From the NCBI GenBank assembly GCA_020628915.1, contig JAHDEI010000003.1:1859-65858 (forward strand): DNA of 64,000 bases. The letters run 5' to 3'. Under the pieces are notes generated by a model that did no database searches, was not told where the DNA came from, and saw only the letters and a list, made by a program, of their open reading frames with translations. The translations under genes and the position numbers were made by a program. Origin of the DNA: Minisyncoccota bacterium (GTDB taxonomy: Bacteria; Patescibacteriota; Minisyncoccia; Phycocordibacterales; GCA-2747955). The first letter of the stretch is position 1; the number at the start of each line of letters is the position of its first letter. Shown here in pieces: positions 28,444 through 39,363 of this stretch.

Positions 28444-28812
28444 ATGCAGCAAGATATACAAACAATGGAAGATGTTTACAATATTGAATTAGGAGAGTTT
28501 CACCCTTTTGCTTCTTTTGCAGAAAGTTCAGGGATGGTGAGATGTTACATCGAAGACGCTTCGGTAACCGAAGGCGGGACCGAACCTTGGAACAGTCCGC
28601 ACCTGTTTGAAACAGGGAGAAAGAATCATTTGCCCGATGGTGCGCGCGAGTATGTTGCTTTATTATTTTGGACAAATGGAGTTGTGCCAAAAGTAGGAGA
28701 GCTAGTAGGTGATTTTCTTGCAAGATTACAAATTCATAATCGTAGGCTCAGACAATTACCTGAGGGCTTGATAGAGAAATTCTCTCAGCTGGAGATATCT
28801 CACGGCGTTTAG
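28444..28812 (+). CDS. Hypothetical protein
   Basis: SD AAGGAG; followed by a terminator. Confidence 0.6.
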   Translation: MQQDIQTMEDVYNIELGEFHPFASFAESSGMVRCYIEDASVTEGGTEPWNSPHLFETGRKNHLPDGAREYVALLFWTNGVVPKVGELVGDFLARLQIHNRRLRQLPEGLIEKFSQLEISHGV

Positions 28813-28884
28813 GTACAACTGGCACCAATAAGGTGCCAGTTTTTTGTTGATTGCTGCGAACAGAAAGGGTGATATACTTTTTAT

Positions 28885-29919
28885 ATGAAAAGACTAGCAA
28901 TTGTTTTGTGTTTTGTTTTTGCGCCAGCATTTGTTTCAGCACAACTGGTGCAACAAGACGTTTCAGTTGATATCACTCCTTCATCTCCTGAGCCGGGGGA
29001 TCGTATTTCTATTGTTATTGAATCATTTGCCGTCAGCCTTGATCGATCTCAGATTTCGTGGGTTCTGGATGGGGCTGTTGCTCAAAAGGCAGTCGGAGAT
29101 AAAGACTTTGGTTTTACCGCTGGTGCAATAGGAACTACACATGATTTAAAAATCGTAATTGAGACACCTGCATCCGGAACTATCACCAAAGAGGTGACCA
29201 TCAGGCCAGCGAGTGTTGATCTATTGTGGGAAGCCATTGATTCATATGTCCCACCTTTATATAAAGGAAAAGCATTAAATGCGCACGACAGTGGAGTTCG
29301 TGTTGCAGCCCTGCCGTATTTTGTTGATGGCGCCGGGAGACAAATAAATCCAGAATCACTTATTTATACATGGACCGTGAACAAAAAAGTTCAACAAAGT
29401 GCATCCGGATTTGGGAAAAATACATTTTCATTCCCTGGGCCTTCATTGTACCGAGATTCACTTGTAACCGTTGACGTTGAATCACCAGATGGATCGTGGA
29501 CAGCCAGGAGGTCTCTTAATTTAGAAGCACAACCTCCAAAAATTTTGTTTTATCAAAAAAATCCACTGTTTGGAATTGCACTACTGCGACCTTTTGATTC
29601 AGGGATAACTACACTGACCGAAGACGAGATGGTGGTCCGTGCAGAACCATATTTTTTCTCAGACATAACCAACAGGCAAGATGTTGATTATGATTGGCGA
29701 ATTGATGGAAAAGAAATTTTAACTATTGGAAACAGAAACGAAATTAACGTTCGGCGGCCTGAGGTTGGATCAGGGCGGTCAAGCATCTCACTTGAAATCA
29801 AACACATCAGAAAAATTCTACAGTTTGCAAGAAATTCATTCACCATGTTCTTTGACGATAGAGAGCCATCAGAACAGCCATCTGAAAATCTCGGAGACGT
29901 AAACTTCTTTGGAAACTAA
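28885..29919 (+). CDS. Secreted protein with Ig-like beta domains
   Basis: Signal peptide VSA-Q; three repeated (Y/I).W..DG/N modules. Confidence 0.65.
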   Translation: MKRLAIVLCFVFAPAFVSAQLVQQDVSVDITPSSPEPGDRISIVIESFAVSLDRSQISWVLDGAVAQKAVGDKDFGFTAGAIGTTHDLKIVIETPASGTITKEVTIRPASVDLLWEAIDSYVPPLYKGKALNAHDSGVRVAALPYFVDGAGRQINPESLIYTWTVNKKVQQSASGFGKNTFSFPGPSLYRDSLVTVDVESPDGSWTARRSLNLEAQPPKILFYQKNPLFGIALLRPFDSGITTLTEDEMVVRAEPYFFSDITNRQDVDYDWRIDGKEILTIGNRNEINVRRPEVGSGRSSISLEIKHIRKILQFARNSFTMFFDDREPSEQPSENLGDVNFFGN

Positions 29920-29949
29920 AAAAGCGCGCCACGGGCGCGCTTTAATTTT

Positions 29950-30528
29950 TTAGTTTCCAACAAACATGAATTGGAACATTTGTTGCCAGCTTTCTTTTTT
30001 AAATATCCATTTAATACTCGCTATTGCAACAAACATGCTCAAGCTTATCAAGCCTACAACAGTAGCCGTCACAGTGTTTACGAAAATACATATCACTCCA
30101 CAGAGGATTGTTGTTAACAAAACAGCCTCACGAGAGTTTAGTCCACCGAATATGCTGAAGGCTAGTATGGGTATCGCTGCACAGAAGCCGCCAACATAAA
30201 TACCAAATATTGCCATCAGTCCAATTGGAATTCCAAAGCAGATAAAAAGAATCCTATCTTTTGGGTTTACTTCGTTGGTGATTAATCCAAATTGATACCC
30301 CAAGAGAAACAAGCAGACGAAGCTCATGACTAGGTCAGCTGCCCAATTGTACGGAACCGGAGATGTGAACCAAATTTCACCATCAGCCACAAATGGGCTG
30401 TGTGCGGCAATATCAAACCCGGCTCTTTTTCCGATAAGAATCAATGCGAGGATTATAATTGATCCAAAGATAGACCAACGAACACCAAGGGTGCTTTCGC
30501 TGTTTTTTAGTTTCAAAAAGGTCATCAT
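29950..30528 (-). CDS. Multi-pass membrane protein
   Basis: Several TM segments; SD GGAG. Confidence 0.65.
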   Translation of the reverse strand: MMTFLKLKNSESTLGVRWSIFGSIIILALILIGKRAGFDIAAHSPFVADGEIWFTSPVPYNWAADLVMSFVCLFLLGYQFGLITNEVNPKDRILFICFGIPIGLMAIFGIYVGGFCAAIPILAFSIFGGLNSREAVLLTTILCGVICIFVNTVTATVVGLISLSMFVAIASIKWIFKKESWQQMFQFMFVGN

Positions 30529-30622
30529 TCTCTCCATTTATGACTGATTTAATTATACCTTTAATAAGTATATTGTCAATAAATAAATCAATTAAAAAAG
30601 CGCGCCATGAGCGCGCTTTTAT

Positions 30623-30919
30623 CTACAAAATCATACTACCGTTCCATCCAGCCGCAGCAAAGCACAGTGTAGTAAGAATCACCTCGGAGAGATTTTCTTC
30701 TAGATCCTTCCGTAATCTCTCTTTTGTTGTGGAAACCAAGAATACGAGACCGATTATTAATCCAAGACTCATCCCAATTATCTGAAACATTAGTTTATTG
30801 TCTGCTGTGATTTCAATCGAGTTTATATTATAAGCAGTAGAGAGCACCGCGCTAAAAAAGAATGTCATGATTGCAAACATTGCCATGTAATAGAGCGTAC
30901 CTTTTAGTATTCGAGCCAT
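30623..30919 (-). CDS. Small membrane protein
   Basis: Three hydrophobic segments; SD AAGGAG. Confidence 0.6.
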   Translation of the reverse strand: MARILKGTLYYMAMFAIMTFFFSAVLSTAYNINSIEITADNKLMFQIIGMSLGLIIGLVFLVSTTKERLRKDLEENLSEVILTTLCFAAAGWNGSMIL

Positions 30920-31015
30920 CTTCATCTCCTTTCATCTGGTTGCTATCATATTGCTGTAAATACACTTTGTCAATCAATTGGTTTTGATGATCTTTTAATT
31001 TATACTTAATCTACT

Positions 31016-33829
31016 ATGCCTCCGGGAGCTCCAAAATTTAACAAAGCAGAACGAATCAATACACCAAAACAAGAATTAGAGGTGTTTAAACAATCTGTCC
31101 AAGATACGATGGATCAAGTGTACGGACGCTCTTTTGAGGAGACTCCGGCGTCTATTCAACACGATGTTGTTAAAAAGGCATTGGACGAACACTTTGATGC
31201 GTTTATAGATAACAAATTCTCTAATCCATTTGATAAGCAAAAGCAGGCTGAAAAAATTGTTCTTGAGCTAACTCCAGATGAAGATGATGACAAGATGGGA
31301 GAACTTTTGGGATTAATTCATGAGGTAGGAATTATCTCAACACTCAAGGTAATCGAAAAGACTGCGTCATTTCATGTCAAAGATGACCTGCACAGAATGC
31401 TAGTTCAATACATTAAAGAAGGGTATCCAGTCAAAGACCTTTCTGAAAAATCTCCTATCACACCAGGGCTCAACATGACGTTGTTCGAGATTTATCTTCC
31501 TGAAAAAGAACAAGATCCTGAAGAAAAAAAGAAGGACCTGAAAACCCTCCTTTCTTCGATGGAGCAGTTTTACGCTGGGATGCGTTCGGTTGCTGATGCG
31601 AAACATCCTGACAACTATCTCTCTGTAGAGGTTGCCTTGCCGCAGGGTCGTGACGAAATTGTTTTTTATTGTGCTGTGCCTGACTCAAAGGTGTCTATTT
31701 TGCGCAGTCAACTGATTGCTATTTTCCCAGGAATCAAAATCATCGAATCAACAGATGACTATAATATTTTTAATAAAAAAGAACACATTGCCGCATCCGT
31801 TGCTGAATTAAAAAAAGTGGACCTGCTGCCAATCAAATTGTACGAAGAATTTGATTATGATCCACTTAACATTATCTTAGAGTCGTTTTCTTCGTTGCAG
31901 CGTGAAGAAGGGGCATCGGTGCAGATCATGCTTTCCCCTGATGAAGAACAAATCTCAGATCGAATTTACAAAGCAATCGAACGGCTAGAAAAGGGTGAGC
32001 CTATCGAAGACGCACTGGTACTCAAAGATTCAATGTTCCGTGGTTTTTCAAAGGCGATGTCTGGTGCATTTGATAACAGATCAAAAGAACAAAAAGAAAA
32101 AGACGAAATCAAGAAAAAAGAACTAGCTGGCCGGACCGACAGGCGCGAATTAATTGACGCACTGCAGAAGAAAAATTCAGGATCACTATTTAGAACAAAC
32201 GTGCGGATTATCACAGCGGGTAATTCAGATGCCCACGCAGAAGCAATCCTTTCCGGGATCGAATCGTCATTTAATCAGTTCGAAAACACAACAGGAAACC
32301 GATTTGTATTTGATAGAAAGAAAAAAGGAGAGTTGCGTCGAGTGATCCAAAACTTTACGTTCCGTGTGTTTAATAAGCGTGATCTGATGCATCTCAACAC
32401 AAGAGAGCTGACTACTATGCTTCACTTCCATGCGAAACCAGAATCAGGGTCTGATCTTCTTAAGACCTCGAATTCATCTAGTTCAGGTGCTTCGGTTAAA
32501 ACCATTTCTCAATCAACTGATACTCATGGGCTGGTTACTCCTGGAAAAATTTTGTTGGGAATCAACAAGCACCAAGGATCCGAGAACAGAATTTTTATGA
32601 ACGCCAAGGATCGTGTCAGGCATATGTACATCATCGGACAAACTGGTACAGGTAAGTCTGGTCTTTTGCAGAACATGGTGATCCAAGACATTAAAAATGG
32701 AGACGGGTGTTGCTTCATCGACCCCCATGGATCTGATGTCCAAGATATTTTGGCAAATATTCCTCCTGAACGGTATGAAGACGTGATTTACTTTGATCCT
32801 GCAGATCTTGACCGACCAATGGGCATGAATATGCTCGAGTACGACCCAGCATACCCAGAACAAAAGACGTTTGTTGTAAACGAACTCCTTTCGATCTTCA
32901 GGAAACTGTATGGCTCAGTTCCAGAATCTATGGGTCCAGCATTTGAGCAATATTTCCGAAACGCAACAATGCTTGTGATGGAGGATCCAGCATCTGGAAA
33001 TACCATGTTCGAAATTTCTCGCGTACTGTCTGATCCTGCATTCCGTGCACTCAAATTGGCTCGATGTAACAACATGGTTGTGAAACAATTTTGGGAGAAA
33101 ATTGCGACTCAGGCAGGGGGGGACGCTGCTTTGGAAAATATTGTTCCGTACATCACTAACAAATTTGATGTATTTATGGCGAATGATTTTATGCGACCAA
33201 TTATCGCGCAAGAGCAATCGGCGTTTAATTTCCGCGATATTATGGACAATAAAAAGATCTTGTTGGTGAACCTTTCAAAGGGTCGATTAGGCGAGCTAAA
33301 CTCGAATATGATTGGTCTGATCATTGTTGGAAAGATTTTGATGGCAGCGCTGTCTCGGGTAACCTCGCTTGACCAAGACCTGCCACCGTTCTATTTATAT
33401 ATTGATGAGTTCCAAAACATTACAACCGATTCGATTTCTCAGATTCTGTCTGAAGCTCGGAAATACGGACTCTCGCTCAACGTTGCTCACCAGTTTATTA
33501 AACAGTTGGACGAAGGAATTCGGGATTCTGTATTTGGTAACGTTGGATCAATGGCGTCATTCCGTATCTCAGCCGAAGATGCAGAATTTATGGAAAAATA
33601 TTTTGCACCAGCATTCACAGCAAAAGATATTATGAATATCGAGAACTTTAACGCGTATGTAAAAATGCTTGTTAACGGGTCTCCTGAGAAACCATTTAAT
33701 ATCGCAACCATCGCACCACCACAAGGTAACCCAGCAATTCGTGACGAGATCAAGAAACTCTCAGCTCTCAAATATGGAAAACCACGCGCAGAAATTGAAG
33801 CACTGGTCCAAAAGAAATTTATGCTTTAA
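31016..33829 (+). CDS. VirD4/TraD/HerA-like coupling ATPase
   Basis: HMYIIGQTGTGKS, FIDPHG, LYIDEFQN, SEARKYGL. Confidence 0.85.
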   Translation: MPPGAPKFNKAERINTPKQELEVFKQSVQDTMDQVYGRSFEETPASIQHDVVKKALDEHFDAFIDNKFSNPFDKQKQAEKIVLELTPDEDDDKMGELLGLIHEVGIISTLKVIEKTASFHVKDDLHRMLVQYIKEGYPVKDLSEKSPITPGLNMTLFEIYLPEKEQDPEEKKKDLKTLLSSMEQFYAGMRSVADAKHPDNYLSVEVALPQGRDEIVFYCAVPDSKVSILRSQLIAIFPGIKIIESTDDYNIFNKKEHIAASVAELKKVDLLPIKLYEEFDYDPLNIILESFSSLQREEGASVQIMLSPDEEQISDRIYKAIERLEKGEPIEDALVLKDSMFRGFSKAMSGAFDNRSKEQKEKDEIKKKELAGRTDRRELIDALQKKNSGSLFRTNVRIITAGNSDAHAEAILSGIESSFNQFENTTGNRFVFDRKKKGELRRVIQNFTFRVFNKRDLMHLNTRELTTMLHFHAKPESGSDLLKTSNSSSSGASVKTISQSTDTHGLVTPGKILLGINKHQGSENRIFMNAKDRVRHMYIIGQTGTGKSGLLQNMVIQDIKNGDGCCFIDPHGSDVQDILANIPPERYEDVIYFDPADLDRPMGMNMLEYDPAYPEQKTFVVNELLSIFRKLYGSVPESMGPAFEQYFRNATMLVMEDPASGNTMFEISRVLSDPAFRALKLARCNNMVVKQFWEKIATQAGGDAALENIVPYITNKFDVFMANDFMRPIIAQEQSAFNFRDIMDNKKILLVNLSKGRLGELNSNMIGLIIVGKILMAALSRVTSLDQDLPPFYLYIDEFQNITTDSISQILSEARKYGLSLNVAHQFIKQLDEGIRDSVFGNVGSMASFRISAEDAEFMEKYFAPAFTAKDIMNIENFNAYVKMLVNGSPEKPFNIATIAPPQGNPAIRDEIKKLSALKYGKPRAEIEALVQKKFML

Positions 33830-33927
33830 GATAGTCTTCCAAAAGGGCTATTTTATTATATAAGTTTGACGATACGTCAATAAAATTATATTATGCGTTA
33901 AGCTTAGATCATTACAAGGAGAATAGA

Positions 33928-35625
33928 ATGACACAAAGTATTCCAAGAGCGCTCGCATTTCATCACCAAGGTGGCGTAATGGAGCAGTTCAGGGTCGCCA
34001 AGAAATTTGGTGGACCAAACGGACGTGTAGCTACTGTTGAAGACATAGTTGATGCACGAATTGCTACTAAAGACCGGTGGGGTTTCCCATGGACAGGTAC
34101 ATTCGTTACTGGGTCACGCGTATATAGTGGGACTAGTAAAGCCGGTGTTCCTTTGTTGGTATTTGCCCATAAAAAGCAGCCAGAACTTGATTCGTACCAT
34201 GAACTTAATCGTTTAGATTGGGAAAATGATGACGTGGGGACTATTAAAGATTGGGCCATCTCACAAGATAAATTTGAGGACTTGATTAATGGTGTCTATG
34301 GTGATGTACATATTGTCGATCTCTCGACATACAAAAATAATTCTGTAGGTAATTCCGCATCAAATCGTTATAAATTTGCTGAAGCCATGGAAAACCCAAT
34401 TATTTTAGGTTTTCTCGGCAGCAAAGCAAAAGAATTTTTGATGACACTACATCAAATGCAACAATCTTGGCTATCGAGACAAAAGCAGGAAGTGCGGGAT
34501 AGTACCGTTATTATGTGCTCTCGCTTATATGATTTCTATATGCGTCATACTAATGCAGGTGAAAAGTATTTCGCATCTAGTGGATATGCAAAGGTGAGAC
34601 CTTTGACGTTTGAAGATGCAGTATTCTACATACCTGATAATAGACATGGTGAACGAATAAATCGGACGACATACGGTCCTGATTTCGGTTGCGCCACTAG
34701 TAGTGGCATTGATGATCTCATATTCAGTCCGTATTACGTCGTGGGAGTTAAAGGCTCTGATCCGATTACTTCAATCGAGCGGCCATTCATTCAGGTCGTT
34801 GGAAATGTGAAAGAGCAGTGGGAACACTTTGTGGAACCAGTTCCAGAAGGTATAGATATTATTGATACGTATACAGGAGTTCAACCCGATGGTTCCAGAG
34901 ATAGACCTTATTACCTGCCTTTTCGTTGGGGAGGTGGAGCACTTGCTTCGTCTCGGATAACAGAGAATGGTGCTGCATCAAACATTCCAGAGTTTCGCCT
35001 TCTCAAAAAAGAAAGAGTAAAATCTAAAGAGGTGGAGTATTCTTGTTCTAGTCGAGAGTATCAGTACCCTTATGTAGATATGTGGGATGCGTGTGTTAAG
35101 GCCATGCCGGAAGAAGCTAACGCAATGAGCTTTGGAGGATCACGAGGAGGAGGTAGTACTCATGGTGTGAATGCGACCAGTACTATCTTTTGGAATGTTG
35201 AGGTAGAAGAGAATCCCTTTAAATTTCTTATGAAATGTGGAGACCGTTTGTTTACTCAGTATTCAGATGAAGACAAGTTAACAAGTCAACCTTGTCAGCT
35301 TGTTGAAAAGAGTCGAGTGATTAAAAGACGCAAAAGATGGGAAATTCCTGAAGAAATTTATCGCTTGACTGATGGGTGCAGAGATATGTGGCCTGTGTAT
35401 GCATATCTTATGGATCAATCTCCAAAAGAAGCAAATTCAGTTTACATTGAAGATAAGTCGGTAGGTTGGGTTGAAAAAAAGAGCAGAAATGTAATGAAAG
35501 TTACAGTCGCTTATTATTATTCAATTTACGGTGACGTTTATTTTCGTCCATTCTCTGTTATTCGTGAAGATGCTGATTGGCAGCTCGAGAGACGCGCGCA
35601 AGCAGGGCTACTCGAAGCAGCTTAG
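33928..35625 (+). CDS. Hypothetical protein
   Basis: 565 aa ORF with own TTGAC promoter, SD AAGGAG and terminator; no family recognised. Confidence 0.7.
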   Translation: MTQSIPRALAFHHQGGVMEQFRVAKKFGGPNGRVATVEDIVDARIATKDRWGFPWTGTFVTGSRVYSGTSKAGVPLLVFAHKKQPELDSYHELNRLDWENDDVGTIKDWAISQDKFEDLINGVYGDVHIVDLSTYKNNSVGNSASNRYKFAEAMENPIILGFLGSKAKEFLMTLHQMQQSWLSRQKQEVRDSTVIMCSRLYDFYMRHTNAGEKYFASSGYAKVRPLTFEDAVFYIPDNRHGERINRTTYGPDFGCATSSGIDDLIFSPYYVVGVKGSDPITSIERPFIQVVGNVKEQWEHFVEPVPEGIDIIDTYTGVQPDGSRDRPYYLPFRWGGGALASSRITENGAASNIPEFRLLKKERVKSKEVEYSCSSREYQYPYVDMWDACVKAMPEEANAMSFGGSRGGGSTHGVNATSTIFWNVEVEENPFKFLMKCGDRLFTQYSDEDKLTSQPCQLVEKSRVIKRRKRWEIPEEIYRLTDGCRDMWPVYAYLMDQSPKEANSVYIEDKSVGWVEKKSRNVMKVTVAYYYSIYGDVYFRPFSVIREDADWQLERRAQAGLLEAA

Positions 35626-35733
35626 TTATCTATTAAACCGACACTCGTATAGTGTCGGTTTTTCTTTTATGGGAAAAGTTGGCAGCGTTAATTTTTTGCT
35701 GAATGCTATAATGCTCAAAATTAGAATCTACTT

Positions 35734-37710
35734 ATGAAACTTAATCCCAAGCAGCAAGAGGCAGCATCAATCCTATCCGGCCCCGTTTTGGTATTGGCTG
35801 GTGCCGGCGCAGGAAAAACAAAGACACTAACCGAGCGAATTATTCGCTTGATTGAGTCAGGGGTCATGCCACAACATATTTTGGCGATTACATTTACTAA
35901 TAAGGCGGCTATGGAAATGAAAGATCGGGTACACACTGCAATCAAAAACAATCCCAAACTACAGTTTCCAGTATTTGAAGAAGGCTTTGTCCCATTTGTT
36001 TCTACCTTTCATGCACTCGGGGTAACAATTCTTCGCGAGCAATACAAAGTTTTGGGTGTTTCAAAATATTTTTCAATTTATGACAGACAAGACTCACGTC
36101 GTGCCATCAAAGAGGCGGTGAAGAAAAACGATCTTGATCCAAAGGCGTGGGACACAAAAAAAATTCTTTCATTTATTTCAAAAAACAAAGGGAACGGAAA
36201 GAGGCTGGCAGATATAAACATGGAGGAAGATTCGTCATATCACCGGGATACCATGATTGCCATTTGGCGATCCTACGAAGCGATCAAGAGAGAGGATAAT
36301 GCGTATGATTTTGATGACCTCTTGCTTGAGACGGCGTATTTACTCAGAACAAACGAGCAAGTCAGAGAGCATTATCTGCGTCGGTGGAGCCATATCCACA
36401 TTGATGAATACCAGGATACAAACAAGGTTCAATATCAGATTGTTCGTGCTCTCACCAACAAGGAAACTAACGACATTTTTGCAGTAGGAGACCCAGACCA
36501 GCTGATTTATGGATGGCGAGGGGCAAAGATTTCAAATATTATGCGATTTGAAAAAGACTTTCCGGGAACCGTATCCGTAATCCTCGAGCAAAATTATCGT
36601 TCTACTAAATACATTATTGATGCATCAAACGCGGTTATTGAGAAAAATGAAAATAGGTTTCCTAAAAAGTTGTTTACTGAAAATGATCAAGGAGATTCGG
36701 TTGGAGTATATGCGGCATACGATGCAGCAGAAGAGGCAACATGGATTACTGAGAATATTCAAAATAAAATTAACGAGGGCGTAGATCCGGGTGAGATTGC
36801 GGTTTTGTATCGAGCAAATTTCCAGTCTCGAATTTTGGAAGAAGCATGTCTTAAAAATGATATTCCTTATCAAGTGTTAGGAACAAAATTTTATGATCGA
36901 GCAGAGGTAAAAGATGTTCTCGCCTATGTCCAGGCTGCATTGAGTCCAGATTCATTGATTCACGTAAAGCGTGTGATTAACATGCCAAAGAGGTCGCTTG
37001 GTAAGACTTCAGTTTTGAAAATTTTTGCTGGCAAAGAAGATGAATTAACACCACGAGCAAAAAAATCTCTTGAGCAGTTTAGAGAAATTCTCTCAAACAT
37101 TAAACAATTTATTGATAATGGCTATCCTCCTAGTGAGGTCATCTCACATGTAATTGCAGTTTCTGGGATGGAAAAAATGTTCCGCGACTCTAAAAAGGAG
37201 GAAGACCTCGAGAGGATCGCAAACATGTATGAGCTTTCTGAAGTTGCATCAAAATACGATACGTTTCCTCCAGAAGATGGCCTTATGAGATTTTTAGAGG
37301 AGGTTGCTCTTGCTTCAGACCAGGATTCAAAAGATGATTCCAAGCCAATGGTCAAACTGATGACCATTCATGCTGCCAAAGGACTTGAGTTTGATACTGT
37401 TTTTGTTTCAGGATGTGAAGAATCTTTATTCACGCCGCAACCTGGTTTGGATCAAAAAGCTAGCGATGAAAAAGCCGAAGAAGAAAGGAGGCTTTTCTAC
37501 GTAGCAATGACACGAGCAAAAAACAAATTATATTTGTCGTGGGCGTCAGTCCGTATGGTATATGGATCTCAAGAAGTCAATTTAATTTCATCATTTATTT
37601 TAGATATTCCAGAAGAATGTTTAAGTGAAGAAAACGTTGGATTCTCATTTACCAATAATCGACTGATGGGTGACGATGACGAAGAGGCGATCATCTATCT
37701 TGATTTTTAA
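35734..37710 (+). CDS. pcrA: UvrD/PcrA DNA helicase
   Basis: AGAGAGKT, TFTNKAA, IDEYQD, VGDPDQ.IY, NYRS, HAAKGLEF, YVAMTRA. Confidence 0.93.
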   Translation: MKLNPKQQEAASILSGPVLVLAGAGAGKTKTLTERIIRLIESGVMPQHILAITFTNKAAMEMKDRVHTAIKNNPKLQFPVFEEGFVPFVSTFHALGVTILREQYKVLGVSKYFSIYDRQDSRRAIKEAVKKNDLDPKAWDTKKILSFISKNKGNGKRLADINMEEDSSYHRDTMIAIWRSYEAIKREDNAYDFDDLLLETAYLLRTNEQVREHYLRRWSHIHIDEYQDTNKVQYQIVRALTNKETNDIFAVGDPDQLIYGWRGAKISNIMRFEKDFPGTVSVILEQNYRSTKYIIDASNAVIEKNENRFPKKLFTENDQGDSVGVYAAYDAAEEATWITENIQNKINEGVDPGEIAVLYRANFQSRILEEACLKNDIPYQVLGTKFYDRAEVKDVLAYVQAALSPDSLIHVKRVINMPKRSLGKTSVLKIFAGKEDELTPRAKKSLEQFREILSNIKQFIDNGYPPSEVISHVIAVSGMEKMFRDSKKEEDLERIANMYELSEVASKYDTFPPEDGLMRFLEEVALASDQDSKDDSKPMVKLMTIHAAKGLEFDTVFVSGCEESLFTPQPGLDQKASDEKAEEERRLFYVAMTRAKNKLYLSWASVRMVYGSQEVNLISSFILDIPEECLSEENVGFSFTNNRLMGDDDEEAIIYLDF

Positions 37711-37762
37711 AAAGAGCCAAGGTATCATTTCGCCTTTGGTTCTTTAAAAACAAGAGGAAAGT

Positions 37763-38194
37763 ATGCCTAAAATGAAAAGAAGTCCGTCTGTGCACGATTC
37801 ATATGCACGTGTACTACGTTACACTTCGAACCATCCTGAATTTGGTGACATGACCCAAATGCAACAGGATAGGCAATTCGTGCCCGGCGGCTATTATTTG
37901 TGTGAGACCTTCAAAGGAGAGCCAGATATGGTTGGCCTTCGTCTCAATCAACATGCGCGCGCACAAATTTTTGCCAGCGAAGACGTTTGTCTCTTCAAAT
38001 CTGGTGAGACTGTAGTATTGAACATCGAGGCAGGCACAGAGCAATCTTTTAGAAAAGGAGAGCAGTACGTGATCAGTGGTTTTAATTACCGTACGGGCCT
38101 TGTTGAGCTTAGAAATAGTGGAGGCGAACGAGGATGGTATCCGTTTACTGGTGTCGTTCTCCCTCAAAAAGAAGTTGCGCAAGAAGTAGCCTAG
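37763..38194 (+). CDS. Hypothetical protein, possibly with SH3-like beta barrels
   Basis: SD GAGGA; beta-rich; GERGWYP motif. Confidence 0.55.
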   Translation: MPKMKRSPSVHDSYARVLRYTSNHPEFGDMTQMQQDRQFVPGGYYLCETFKGEPDMVGLRLNQHARAQIFASEDVCLFKSGETVVLNIEAGTEQSFRKGEQYVISGFNYRTGLVELRNSGGERGWYPFTGVVLPQKEVAQEVA

Positions 38195-38274
38195 TAAAAG
38201 CTCCCCGCGAGGGAGCTTTTTAAATTTAAATTTTTTTTTGTATAGTGAATAATAGAACGTTACGGGAGACACGA

Positions 38275-38490
38275 ATGTTTCGTACTTTATTATCCAAAAT
38301 GCGTGCTGCCAATGACCAGGGTGAGTCAAGCGACTCTTATAAAAAAATGACGGTCATTAAAGAGCAACAGTTTGATTTTGAGTTGCCAGTGGGTAGTGTC
38401 GTATATGCGCGTAAAATTAAGGGTGGGTATGATGTTATGGGTTATCAAGAGCCATTCCCATCCTCTTCACTTAAACAATGCCCCTCTTAG
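38275..38490 (+). CDS. Small hypothetical protein
   Basis: SD GGGAG before ATG 38275. Confidence 0.45.
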   Translation: MFRTLLSKMRAANDQGESSDSYKKMTVIKEQQFDFELPVGSVVYARKIKGGYDVMGYQEPFPSSSLKQCPS

Positions 38491-38521
38491 GGGTATTTTT
38501 TGTTGGTATAATCGTGACTAT

Positions 38522-39331
38522 ATGAAGTACGCAAAAAAGCATTTAGGGCAGAATTTTCTTAAATCAAAGCGAGCAGTTGACGCAATGATTGATGCGGTTG
38601 CTGTACTGCCAGGGGAAACAGTCTTAGAAATTGGTCCAGGTCGCGGAGCACTGACAGGTCCGATCTTAGAAACAGGCGCGCGTGTTGTAGCGATTGAGAA
38701 AGATCCAGAGATGATTCATTTGTTGGAAGAAAAATTTTCGACAGAAATTGCTGGCGGACAATTGGTCATAATAGAAGGAGATGTCCTGCAGGATTCATTA
38801 TCAGATCACGGACTCGTTCATCAGGAATATTCTGTGATCGCAAACATCCCGTATTACATTACGGGGGCAATCATTCGGATGCTTCTTGAGTCAGATAGTC
38901 ACCCTCGTGCAATATCACTTTTGGTCCAAAAAGAAGTTGCTGAACGTATTACGGGAAGAGAGACGAAAAAACAAAAAGAGAGCATTCTGTCACTTTCTGT
39001 TAAAGCGTACGGGACAGCACAATATGTTATGAGCGTTGGTGCCAAATCATTTTCTCCACCGCCGAAAGTTGATTCAGCTATTATTGCGATCAGAGATATC
39101 TCGAAAGAACAATTTGTTCAGTCGGGGGTATCTGAGAATCAATTTTTCTCGCTAGTAAAACAAGGATTCGCTCAAAAAAGAAAAACACTATTAAATAACC
39201 TGAAGCAAGCTGGGTATGACACAGAACCAATAAAGGCATTTTTGTCTGAGCAGAATCTGGATTCAAGAATCCGAGCTGAAGACCTCCAGATAGACCATTG
39301 GTTTTGGTTAGCAAAACATTTAGGAAAATAA
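38522..39331 (+). CDS. rsmA: 16S rRNA m6,2A dimethyltransferase
   Basis: LGQNFL, LEIGPG.G.LT, ANIPYYIT, FSPPPKVDS. Confidence 0.95.
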   Translation: MKYAKKHLGQNFLKSKRAVDAMIDAVAVLPGETVLEIGPGRGALTGPILETGARVVAIEKDPEMIHLLEEKFSTEIAGGQLVIIEGDVLQDSLSDHGLVHQEYSVIANIPYYITGAIIRMLLESDSHPRAISLLVQKEVAERITGRETKKQKESILSLSVKAYGTAQYVMSVGAKSFSPPPKVDSAIIAIRDISKEQFVQSGVSENQFFSLVKQGFAQKRKTLLNNLKQAGYDTEPIKAFLSEQNLDSRIRAEDLQIDHWFWLAKHLGK

Positions 39332-39363
39332 AAAGTCCGCCACCAAAGGGAGCGGACTTATTT

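Noticed and set aside
37739-37750. Additional boxA-like GTTCTTTAAAAA
   Set aside because: It forms one arm of the hairpin after pcrA, so it is explained as part of a terminator-like structure
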